Part shown: positions 1-8,700 of the stretch, one piece after another
Position numbering within the stretch: position 1 is the first letter of the stretch
Layout of the letters: each line of letters begins with the position of its first letter
Source of the DNA: Candidatus Sumerlaeaceae bacterium
GTDB lineage: Bacteria; Sumerlaeota; Sumerlaeia; Sumerlaeales; Sumerlaeaceae
DNA: 27,274 nt
Assembly (NCBI GenBank): GCA_051003195.1
Contig: JBPCLP010000038.1
Span: 1-27,274, forward strand
Reading direction: 5' to 3'
The notes under the pieces: generated by a model
Database searches by the model: none
Told to the model about the DNA's origin: nothing
Seen by the model: only the letters and a program-made list of their open reading frames with translations
Program-made: the position numbers and the translations under genes

Positions 1-441
1 GACGGCGGAGGCGAACGTGCCGCTGCCGGTGCCCAGCAGCACCGAGACGTTGGCGGAGTTAAGGTTTGCCGCGGCGAGGTCGGCTTTGCCGTCGCCGTTA
101 AAGTCGCCGATGGTCACGGAGTAAGGGCTTGTTCCCACGGTGTAGTTGACGGCGGAGGCGAACGTGCCGCTGCCGGTCCCCAGCAGAACCGAGACGTTGT
201 TGGAGATATAATTTGCCGCGGCGAGGTCGGCCTTGCCGTCGGCGTTGAAATCGCCGGTGGTCACGGAGGCAGGCTGTGTTCCCACGGTGTAGTTGACGGC
301 GGAGGCGAACGTGCCGCTGCCGGTGCCCAGCAGCACCGAGACGTTGATGGAGCCATTGTTCGCCGTGGCGAGGTCGGCTTTGCCGTCGCCGTTAAAGTCG
401 CCGGTGGTCACGGATATACAATCCACTCCCGCCGTAAATTG
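1..441 (-). repeat. Tandem 147-bp (49-codon) coding repeats; three copies visible
   Basis: GACGGCGGAGGCGAACGTGCCGCTGCCGGT starts at 1, 148 and 295. By manual alignment copies 1 and 2 differ at 18/147 nt, and copies 1 and 3 at 9 of the first 120 nt. Confidence 0.97.
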
Positions 442-723
442 GGTTGCCGCGCCGAAGCCGCCCGCGCCGTTACCCAGAAATACCAAGATAGTGGTTCCGC
501 CCATGTCACTGCCGGTTGCCATATCGGCGATTCCATCGCCATTGAAGTCCGCGACCGTGATTCCACGCGGCTTCGGTCCTGTCGCGTAGTTTACCGCCGA
601 GGCAAAGTTGACACTGGCCGCGCCGGCGGAGTTAGCTAATAGGAGAGAGAGACAGATAGAGATAGAGAGAGAGAGCGAGAGAGAAGCGGTCCGCAGACGG
701 CTAAAACCATTGAGGTTAAACAT
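1..723 (-). CDS. Secreted FG-GAP/VCBS-like repeat (beta-propeller) protein, 5' part only; runs off the left edge
   Basis: Translated by hand; absent from the ORF track because there is no stop in the window. ATG at 723, 241 open codons: MFNLNGFSRLRTASLSLSLSISICLSLLLANSAGA-ASVNFASAVNYATGPKPRGITVADFNGDGIADMATG...GDFNGDGKADLATANNGSINVSVLLGTGSGTFASAVNYTVG. Four DFNxDGxxD Ca-binding motifs and a signal peptide. Confidence 0.92.
   Translation of the reverse strand, partial: MFNLNGFSRLRTASLSLSLSISICLSLLLANSAGAASVNFASAVNYATGPKPRGITVADFNGDGIADMATGSDMGGTTILVFLGNGAGGFGAATQFTAGVDCISVTTGDFNGDGKADLATANNGSINVSVLLGTGSGTFASAVNYTVGTQPASVTTGDFNADGKADLAAANYISNNVSVLLGTGSGTFASAVNYTVGTSPYSVTIGDFNGDGKADLAAANLNSANVSVLLGTGSGTFASAV
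643..684. repeat. Imperfect (GA)n/(CT)n dinucleotide tract within the signal-peptide coding region
   Basis: GAGAGAGAGACAGATAGAGATAGAGAGAGAGAGCGAGAGAGA; perfect (AG)6 at 664-675; encodes SLSLSLSISICLSL on the minus strand. Confidence 0.9.
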
Positions 724-866
724 GGTACAACACCCTTTCGCTCGTCCAAGCGAAGGGCACGAACCGAGCAGTTAATTTATGTTTTTCCTGTTGGCGCCGT
801 GCTCGCGCGCAGACGTATCCATATGCAATGGATGCGGTGCACCTGTGCCCGGGCCAAGAAAGCATT

Positions 867-896
867 ATTCTAGAAACCGTCGCGGAAGAATAGCAA
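867..896 (-). promoter_or_regulatory. Candidate sigma70-type promoter for the FG-GAP gene
   Basis: Minus strand TTGCTA-N18-TAGAAT, about 145 nt upstream of the ATG. Confidence 0.45.
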
Positions 897-975
897 GACA
901 ATTGCGACAACGCGGGAAAATGGCGGGGTTACGCGGGGCGCTCTATAACTTCAGGCGCATCCACACCAGCAGGTT

Positions 976-1050
976 CGCGCATGACTCAAGGCCGTGGTGG
1001 GGCGCTAGCCCTTCCACGTAAGGCTCTTTCATCCTCTGCTACTTATCGTT
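976..1050 (-). mobile_element. Probable short remnant of group II intron RNA (5'/domain I region)
   Basis: Minus strand AAGTAGCAGAGGATGAAAGAGCCTTACGTGGAAGGGCTAGCGCCCCACCACGGCCTTGAGTCATGCGCG, which translates as MKEPYVEGLAPHHGLESCA. From recall this resembles the conserved 5' segment of a bacterial group II intron class that often yields the spurious ORF 'MKEPYxEGLAxHxGPESC'. No RT or domain V follows. Confidence 0.55.
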
Positions 1051-1139
1051 TACTGGCGCTTTCTCCCCGATTTTCCCCCGCTTTTCTAAGAGGAAAAGTG
1101 TCAGAGATCCACAAGCTGTTATCGTAGGAGTACCATGGA

Positions 1140-3524
1140 TTAGTCGGTTACCACAGTGTACCCGGCAGGTGCGGAGTAGCTGGTTTGAACCCGACCGCCC
1201 TCTTTGCGCCAGCGGAAATCAACGAATCCATCTTTAAGTGGCATGCGGCCATTGCACCACTGCAGCTCATTGGCCGGGACTCGCAGGCGAACGCGCTTGT
1301 TGATTGTGTCGACAGACGCGATTCCCAGTACGTCGCGATAAATCGTGTGTACGACATGCGCTCCAAAGCCGTGATTGAGGCTCGCGAAGTCGGTGTCATT
1401 TTCCCAGATGGTACCGCTCTTGTCGGCCATAGCGAGGTTGTAGAACACCAGCTCCCGGGGCAATTGCGGAGTTTCCCCGAAGCGGCCAAGCAAATCGATA
1501 CGCATCATGTTACCGATAAACGCATTTGCCTTCGCCACTTCCGGAAAACCGTTTGCGGCACGGCCGGGGCCAAACTTATCACGCAGTGTTTGCCACAGCT
1601 CGGCATGCGTTTGCGGTGTTGCCAGGTCGAAGAAGAATGCAAAGTACTGGCACACCTCGCTCATATTAGACTGCCGTTCGAGCCTGGCGCCCTGCCGCTT
1701 TGCGTTATCCACGAAGAACTTCCCATTGAAGGATTGTTTCCGGATCGTCTCCCGGATGGCCGAGGCGGCAGTAGCCAGGTCGTCGCGGCCATACAAGCGT
1801 CCGGCGGCATCGAGAGCGCCTGCGTACAGCATGTTCGTCGGGTAGTTCACATCCTGCGTGAACTCATTCGCCTTTGACCACTCGACAAAAACCCAGCTGT
1901 CGAGTTTCTCCAACAGACCATCCGAATTACGGTACCGCGCCAGGAAATTAAACAGGTTCATAACGCGGGACTCCAGTGCGCCCAAAAGCTTTCGATCACC
2001 GCTTCGCTTGTAGTATTCTTCAAGCTCGATTACGAACCACATGGCCCAGTTTGGAATGTAGACGCCGTCATTGTGATCGGCTGGATAACACATGGGCAGC
2101 ATGCCATCGGGCAAATGGGCGAACTTTTCCGGCAATGCAAAATTCTCCAGGAAATTCCGCTCCACGTCCGTACGGCCCGTTAAGTCGCCGGCCGCGCGTG
2201 CAGTGAAAAAGCTATCGCACAACCAACCCGCTCGCTCTCGCGATGGGCAGTCCATGAAGATATCAACGGAGTTTTGCCGGAACGTCTGGCGACCCGCCTC
2301 GAAGATCCGCTGAAGTCGCTCATCGCTGCACGCAAACGTCGCCTCCCATGCCGTGTCGTTGGCATACTCCCGCAGTGCCACTTCGCGCAAAGTGCATGTT
2401 CCCTCAAGCGCAAGAACGCGTAAGTAGCGAAACGTGTGCGGTTCCAGGAATTCGACAGTATACGCGCCGGGCCCCACGTCGTATCTCACCGCACCAACCA
2501 TCCCAAGCCGAAGCGCGTCCACCGAACCTTCTCTCAGCAGTTCGTCGAAAGAAAACAGCAACGTCGTGGAAGTGTCGCACTCGAAAGATGCGCCCCCAAA
2601 TCCTGTAAGATTCTGTCCAAAGTCGAAGATTACGAACTGTGAGGTGGCCAGGCTGACTGGCCGAGTTACGGTAGCCGCCGATTGCTGGGTAAGCGAGGTG
2701 GACGATGCGCTCATATTCTCCGCCAGGTCGCGCGAGAGAACGACGGCCAGTTCGTCTTCACGAAAGCCGACCAGCTTTGGACCTGTTTCGGTCAGCGAGC
2801 GATCTCGAAAAGGACTGCGCTCCATGGCAGTACGTGAGGAGATACCTTCGGAGACAATTGCCACGGGCTGAATGCGTCGAAACCTCGGGTACGGTACTCC
2901 GCGTGGCAGAAGGTTCTTTGCTGAGGTGGTCTCAAGCGGCTGTGCACCAAAAGCTGCGCCAGGGTCCGCCCGCCATTGATCATAGCCCGGCTGCAAAATG
3001 TACGCTTCAGCGAAAGGCCGCTGGAAGCTTGTACGCTGAACCTTTTGAATGCGCTCGCTCAGCGCTCGCCCCTCAAAGCCCGCAGCGCCTTTGCCGCCCG
3101 TGTGCGCAACAACGTTGCCGTCGACCACAATCTCAGCCTGAACAAACGACGGCTGATTAATCAGGTAATAGCTGTTCGAGTTGTATCCCGCGACCTCAAG
3201 GGCGACCACATTTATGCCTGGCCGAAGAACTGAATCCAGTTCCCATTCATCGACACGATAGAAGCCATGTGCGGCTCGCGCAGGTCCGTGACCGACAAAT
3301 TTCCCGTTTACGAGTGCACGATAAATGCTAGAAGCCGTGACGCGAAGTCTCACTTGTTTTGCTTCGTCTCGTTCGAAGGAAGCGCGAAACCCGGCAAACA
3401 CGTTGAGCTCCGTGCTGCGGCCGCTCAGCCATACCGGCTCTGCCCTGATGAACTCTGCCGCATCACCCGTAGACTCAACTAACATGAGCGCTGCTGATAG
3501 AATCGTAACTGCAAAGCGAAGCAT
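1140..3524 (-). CDS. GH78-family alpha-L-rhamnosidase-like glycoside hydrolase, secreted
   Basis: 794 aa, signal peptide; motifs VNGKFVGHGPAR, FDFGQNLTG, TFRY, MDCPSRERAGWLCD, GTIWE...SLNHGF. Confidence 0.88.
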   Translation of the reverse strand: MLRFAVTILSAALMLVESTGDAAEFIRAEPVWLSGRSTELNVFAGFRASFERDEAKQVRLRVTASSIYRALVNGKFVGHGPARAAHGFYRVDEWELDSVLRPGINVVALEVAGYNSNSYYLINQPSFVQAEIVVDGNVVAHTGGKGAAGFEGRALSERIQKVQRTSFQRPFAEAYILQPGYDQWRADPGAAFGAQPLETTSAKNLLPRGVPYPRFRRIQPVAIVSEGISSRTAMERSPFRDRSLTETGPKLVGFREDELAVVLSRDLAENMSASSTSLTQQSAATVTRPVSLATSQFVIFDFGQNLTGFGGASFECDTSTTLLFSFDELLREGSVDALRLGMVGAVRYDVGPGAYTVEFLEPHTFRYLRVLALEGTCTLREVALREYANDTAWEATFACSDERLQRIFEAGRQTFRQNSVDIFMDCPSRERAGWLCDSFFTARAAGDLTGRTDVERNFLENFALPEKFAHLPDGMLPMCYPADHNDGVYIPNWAMWFVIELEEYYKRSGDRKLLGALESRVMNLFNFLARYRNSDGLLEKLDSWVFVEWSKANEFTQDVNYPTNMLYAGALDAAGRLYGRDDLATAASAIRETIRKQSFNGKFFVDNAKRQGARLERQSNMSEVCQYFAFFFDLATPQTHAELWQTLRDKFGPGRAANGFPEVAKANAFIGNMMRIDLLGRFGETPQLPRELVFYNLAMADKSGTIWENDTDFASLNHGFGAHVVHTIYRDVLGIASVDTINKRVRLRVPANELQWCNGRMPLKDGFVDFRWRKEGGRVQTSYSAPAGYTVVTD

Positions 3525-3561
3525 CCGTGTCTCCCCAGTTCTCGGCTCAGCTGCCAGGCTC

Positions 3562-4578
3562 TTACTGGTGCCTGATCTTCACGATGGTCTGAGTGCGAGC
3601 CGATTCGTAAATGGCGTCCATTAGTCTGCTTTGGATCAATCCCGTCTCGGGCGTGGTTTGCGGCTTCGCCCGCCCAAGGATTGCGTCGATAAAATTGTCA
3701 GTCGCCGTCTGCTCGTCGCCAGTCAGGCTCGGCTCAACCTGCCCCTTGTCGCGTTCGAAAACGCGGATCCATGCGCCAGCCCAGCCATCGATTTCCACCC
3801 GTCCGTTCTCGAAGACGAAGACCATGCCTGCGCCATCGGGAGTGCTGTTACCCGATATACTGATGGAAGCCAGCGTACCATCTTCGAACCGGATCGACAC
3901 GACACCATTAATGTCCACGGCTGTATCGAGGTTATCGACGAACGCCGCAACTTCAGTGACCGGCTGCTCAATGCTCCAGACCAGGCTGTTAAACAGGTGC
4001 GCGCCACTATCATACATCTGTCCTCCGCCGGAAAGGGCAGGGTCCTGTCGCCACGTTCCGGCTGCCAGGCGTCTCCAGTCCTGCACCTGCCATCCAGTTA
4101 CCGTTTCGAGCCGTCCCAGCTTCCTGCTGCGGATGAGCTCGCGAAGATACTGGAAGCTCGGCATGCACGGCGTGTTGTAGCCGACTATAAATATCTTTCC
4201 GCTTCGGCTTGCAGCGTCCGCAAGCTCGGCTCCCTGCCGCGAATCGGTGACCATTGGCTTTTCCATAAGTACATGGCAGCCGGCGGCCAGGGCCTGCATC
4301 CCATGCGCGAAATGCATGGTGTGCGGCGTCACGATAATTACTGCGTCAGGTGCGGCCGTTGCGTACATTTCTGCGGCGTCGGTGAACGTCTGCGGGCGCG
4401 GCTCATAGCCTGCCAGGGGCCCCGCAAGTATTTTTTCGATGCATTCAGCTGACACATCGCATAGAGCAACCACCTGCGCATCCGCACACTTGCGCAGGCG
4501 CGTCATGTGTGCCCCTCCCATGCCGCCGCATCCCAGCAGCGCGATACGAATTTGTCCCAAAACTCTACGTCCTTTCAA
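3562..4578 (-). CDS. Gfo/Idh/MocA family NAD(P)-dependent oxidoreductase
   Basis: IRIALLGCGGMG Rossmann motif, TPHTMH, HVLMEKPM, SGGGQMYDSGAH. The true start may be the TTG at 4560, downstream of GAAAGGA. Confidence 0.93.
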   Translation of the reverse strand: MKGRRVLGQIRIALLGCGGMGGAHMTRLRKCADAQVVALCDVSAECIEKILAGPLAGYEPRPQTFTDAAEMYATAAPDAVIIVTPHTMHFAHGMQALAAGCHVLMEKPMVTDSRQGAELADAASRSGKIFIVGYNTPCMPSFQYLRELIRSRKLGRLETVTGWQVQDWRRLAAGTWRQDPALSGGGQMYDSGAHLFNSLVWSIEQPVTEVAAFVDNLDTAVDINGVVSIRFEDGTLASISISGNSTPDGAGMVFVFENGRVEIDGWAGAWIRVFERDKGQVEPSLTGDEQTATDNFIDAILGRAKPQTTPETGLIQSRLMDAIYESARTQTIVKIRHQ

Positions 4579-4587
4579 AATTTTGTG

Positions 4588-5430
4588 TTACTTAATGAGT
4601 GGGTTCAGCGTCTGCCAGCCGCGGACAAGCCCTTCGTCGTAACGCTCCTTCCAGTATACGGTGTCCTCGTGCTCAATGGCCACTCCTCCCCTGTACCCGA
4701 TCTCGTCCAGACCACTGATGAACTGCGGCCAGTTAATCTCCCCGTACCCGGGAATGCGGAACCGGTAGTAGTTCCCGTTGACGCCACCCCGATATCGCCG
4801 CTCGGGCAGCATCTCCGTGTCCTTGGCGTGCACATGGTACACGCGATCCGCGTACTCGCGCAGCGCGCGCATGTGATCGATCCCCTGCCAGTAGAGGTGG
4901 GAGGGGTCGAATTCCAGTCCAAGCGCACGCGACGGCACCGCCGAGAACCAAGCATCCCATGTATCCGGCGCGCCGCCCATGTTCACCGGTTTGAAGGGAA
5001 GCGAACCGCCAAAGCCCATCCAGTTCTCGAAGGCCAGGCGCATTCCGCGCTCTTCCGCAAGTGCGGCAACGGGACCGAACCTGTCGGCGAAAAACTGCAC
5101 GTTGCCGTCCCAGTCCAGGTTCGAATCAAAACCGCTCAGCGTTGCAATCGTGGTGACTCCCAGCGCTGCGGCCGCCTCGAACACACGTGCGTACTCCACC
5201 GGCGCCAGCTTCACATCCGCGGGCGTTGTTGCGCAACGGTAGTAGGCCAGTGCCGTAATCTCGACCCCGTGCTTCTGAGACATCGCGCGCGCCTGGTTGA
5301 GGCGATCCATGTCGAGTGCGTCTTTGGTCGCGTCGCCGAATGCTGCTGTATTGATTTCGATGCCGCGAAACTGAAGCCTTGCCGCCTTCTCAATATCGCG
5401 GAAATCCGCGGTTAGAAATCCAAGTTTCAC
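4588..5430 (-). CDS. Sugar phosphate isomerase/epimerase (xylose-isomerase-like TIM barrel, AP_endonuc_2)
   Basis: LAFEN, GLEFDPSHL, HVHAKD, RIPGYGEINW and IEHED metal-binding motifs; GTG start after AAGGA; first gene of a three-gene minus-strand operon. Confidence 0.92.
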   Translation of the reverse strand: MKLGFLTADFRDIEKAARLQFRGIEINTAAFGDATKDALDMDRLNQARAMSQKHGVEITALAYYRCATTPADVKLAPVEYARVFEAAAALGVTTIATLSGFDSNLDWDGNVQFFADRFGPVAALAEERGMRLAFENWMGFGGSLPFKPVNMGGAPDTWDAWFSAVPSRALGLEFDPSHLYWQGIDHMRALREYADRVYHVHAKDTEMLPERRYRGGVNGNYYRFRIPGYGEINWPQFISGLDEIGYRGGVAIEHEDTVYWKERYDEGLVRGWQTLNPLIK

Positions 5431-5732
5431 CGTAAGTCCTTCAGCTGGCGTTGGTCTGCCGTTAGTTCGTAATCAGTTCTGTGTGCCGAATCGAGGTCAA
5501 GCCTGGCCGCCTGGTCTGGTAATAAACTCCTGATTCGGCACACTGGTTGAGCGGTCTTGAGGTGCGAATTCCTGATGATCCAGTGCATTCGATTCGGATT
5601 CGGAAAAATGTACGGCACACCTGGTGTAAAAGTGGTTGTAATCTCCCTTACCGCCAAGCTCACCGTTCCACATCAGGCAAGCCGGTCCCGATCACCGCGG
5701 CGTGCCACATCACTGGCGAATGGATGTTACAG

Positions 5733-8700
5733 ATGAAACCTATCAAGCAGGTCGTGGCTGTTGGATTGCTTCTGTTGCTCCACGTAAAGGTTCAATCGAT
5801 GAACGCACAACATCTCAAATGCGAGTACCGCGAGAGCCCGATGGGCGTGGACGCAGCGCACCCCCGGCTCAGCTGGAAATTGGAATCGAGGACGCGCGGC
5901 GACCGGCAGTCCGCCTACCACGTGCTGGTGGCATCGACGCCTGAGATATTGGCGCAGGATAAAGCCGACCTCTGGGACAGCGGCAAACAGGCATCCGACC
6001 AGAACACGCAGCTGGAGTATGCCGGTCGGGCGCTGGCGTCCAATGCATCCTGCCACTGGAAAGTGCGCATATGGGATAAGGAGGGAAAGCCGGGCGAGTG
6101 GAGCAAACCCGCGCGCTGGATCTCGGGCCTCCTGAAGCCGCAGGACTGGACTGCAAAGTGGATCGGCAAAGATGAGACTACAGCCGCCATGGAACAGCTA
6201 CTGCCGGGTGCTAAATGGATCTGGTACCCTGACAGTGACCCTGCAAACTCCGCGCAAGCCGGACCGTGCTGGTTCCGCCAGACTCTAACGGTGCCCGCTG
6301 GCAGCACGGTTACCCGCGCCCTGTGCCACATCACCGCCGACAATGCATTTATCCTGCATGTGAATGGAAACGAGATCGGGCGTGGCGGCAGTTTCAACGC
6401 AGCCATGGAATACGAACTCACGTCACAGGTGACTCCCGGTGAAAACGTCATCGGAATCTTCGCTGATAATCACGGCGGAACTCCCAACCCGGCGGGCATG
6501 ATCGCATCCATCCGCGTCGAATTCGATTCTGGTGAACCGCTGCGGCTGACAACCGACGGCAACTGGCGCGTCACACGGCAGCATACACCTACATGGGGGC
6601 ATAAAGGGCACGATGAATCCGGGTGGCAGAAGGCTCGAGTGCTTGGCGACTATGGAATGAAGCCGTGGGGCGAACCCCAGGTTGCTGATGATTACCGCCG
6701 CCTGCCTGCGCGCATGCTGAGACGTGATTTCAATGCGACGCAGCAGATCAAGCGCGCAACCGCGCACGTCAGCGGGCTTGGTCTTTTCGAGCTGTATGTG
6801 AACGGCAGCAGGATTTCCGACAACGTCCTGCAGCCGGCGCTCACCGATTACGATAAACAGGTTCCGTACGTGACGTTCGACGTGACCGAGAAGCTGAAGC
6901 CAGGTGCCAATAGCATCGGCGTGTGGCTGGGCAACGGACGCTATTTTGCTCCCCGCCTGGCGATACCTGTCACCACGCGGACTTTCGGGTATCCGAAGCT
7001 TCTGCTGCAGCTGGAGGTGGAATACACCGACGGCACGAGCGCACGGATTGTGAGCGACGAAAGCTGGAAGCTTACTACAGAAGGACCAATCACCGCCAAC
7101 AATGAGTATGATGGCGAGGATTATGACGCCCGTAAAGAGCTGCCCGGCTGGTGCAGTCCGGCGTTTGACGATTCGAAGTGGCAGAAACCGCAGGTCGTGT
7201 CGGCCCCGGATGGAGCTTTGGTTGCCCAGCCGATTGAGCCGATCCGCGTCACGGAAACGCTTAAGCCAATCGCTATCACAGAACCGCAGCCCGGGTTGTT
7301 CATTGCGGACATGGGGCAGAACATGGTGGGATGGTGCCGCATCAAAGTGAATGGCACGGCCGGAATGAAGGTTCGCTTGCGCCACGCGGAAACGCTTACG
7401 ACGGGTGGCCTGCTTTACCTCGACAATATCCGCGGTGCGAAGGTCACAGAGAATTACACCCTGAAAGGCGGCGCCGAAGAAGTTTACGAACCGCGCTTCA
7501 CGTATCACGGTTTTCGTTACGTAGAGATAACCGGCTGGCCCGGCAAGCCAGACGCTTCTGCCATCGAGGGCCGCGTTGTTCATGACGACATGCCGCGCTC
7601 GGGGACGTTCTCGTGTTCCAACGAGCTGCTGAACCGCCTGTACCACAACATCCTCTGGGGAACGCGAGGCAATTACCGCAGCATTCCAACCGACTGCCCC
7701 CAGCGCGACGAGCGCCAGGGGTGGCTGGGCGATCGATCGGAGGAGTGCCGTGGAGAAAGCTACCTGTACGACGTTGCGGCCTTCTATGCGAAGTGGGTGC
7801 AGGATATCCAGGACTCGCAGAAGCCCACCGGCAGCGTGCCTGATGTCGCGCCGAATTACTGGCCATTCTACAACGACGGCATCACCTGGCCGAGTTCGTT
7901 TGTCATCATCCCGCACACCGTGTACACCCAGTATGGGGATCGACGCGTGCTGGAAAAACACTACGACGGTATGAAGCTGTGGATGGATTACATGACCACG
8001 TATGTGAAGGATGGCCTGATGCCAAAGAACACGTACGGTGACTGGTGCGTACCTCCCGAAAACCCGAAGCTGATTCACTCCGAGGACCCGAAACGGCAGA
8101 CGAACCCGGAGCTCGTAAGCTCATCGTATTACTACCACGATGCAATGCTGATGGCAGGCACCGCGCGCATGCTGGGTAAGTCGCCTGATGCCGAGAAGTT
8201 CGAGAAGCTCGCACAAACGCTGAAGGACGCGTTTAACAAAAAATTCCTGAAAGCGGGCGTGTACGACAACGGTTCGCAAACTGCGGCCGTGCTGCCGCTG
8301 GCGTTTGGGATGGTTCCCGAAGATCAGAAGCGCCCGGTGTTCGAACACCTTGTGAAGAAGATCGAGCAGGAGACCGACGGGCATATAGGCACCGGGCTCA
8401 TCGGAGGCCAGTGGCTGATGCGCGTGCTCAGCGACAATGGCAGGGCGGACCTCGCATATCGAATTGCGTCGCAGAAAAGCTATCCGAGCTGGGGATATAT
8501 GCTCGAAAACGGGGCGACCACCATCTGGGAATTGTGGAATGGCAACACGGCGGATCCGGCCATGAACTCGCACAACCACGTGATGCTGATCGGCGACCTG
8601 AACATCTGGTTTACGGAATACCTCGCCGGTATTCGGCCGTCCTCCCCCGGCTTCAAGACCTTCACGATTCATCCGCACCTCGTTGGAGATTTAAAGTGGG

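Noticed and set aside
1..441. 147-bp repeats as a CRISPR array or non-coding repeat
   Set aside because: The period is 49 codons, the minus frame is open and encodes FG-GAP motifs, and there are no unique spacers or cas genes.
293..639. Plus-strand ORFs 293..589 and 439..639
   Set aside because: Antisense shadows of the FG-GAP gene.
780..850. Cobalamin riboswitch (minus strand has CAGGUGC...AACAGGAA)
   Set aside because: The downstream conserved elements (GGUG-AA-UCC T-loop, GCCCCCGC-ACUGU, B12 box) are absent.
716..1021. Short ORFs 716..910 (-) and 779..1021 (+)
   Set aside because: No recognisable motifs; they overlap a promoter-like element, the leader and the intron-like remnant.
3631..5415. 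Plus-strand ORFs of 273 and 302 aa
   Set aside because: Antisense shadows of the oxidoreductase and isomerase genes.
5427..5732. 78-aa minus ORF 5427..5663 and the N-terminal extension of GH78 from 5547
   Set aside because: They overlap each other in a divergent intergenic region; the GH78 signal peptide begins at 5724/5733.
6423..8078. 551-aa minus-strand ORF
   Set aside because: Lies wholly antisense to the GH78 gene; long shadow ORFs are expected from GC-rich codon bias and it shows no motifs.
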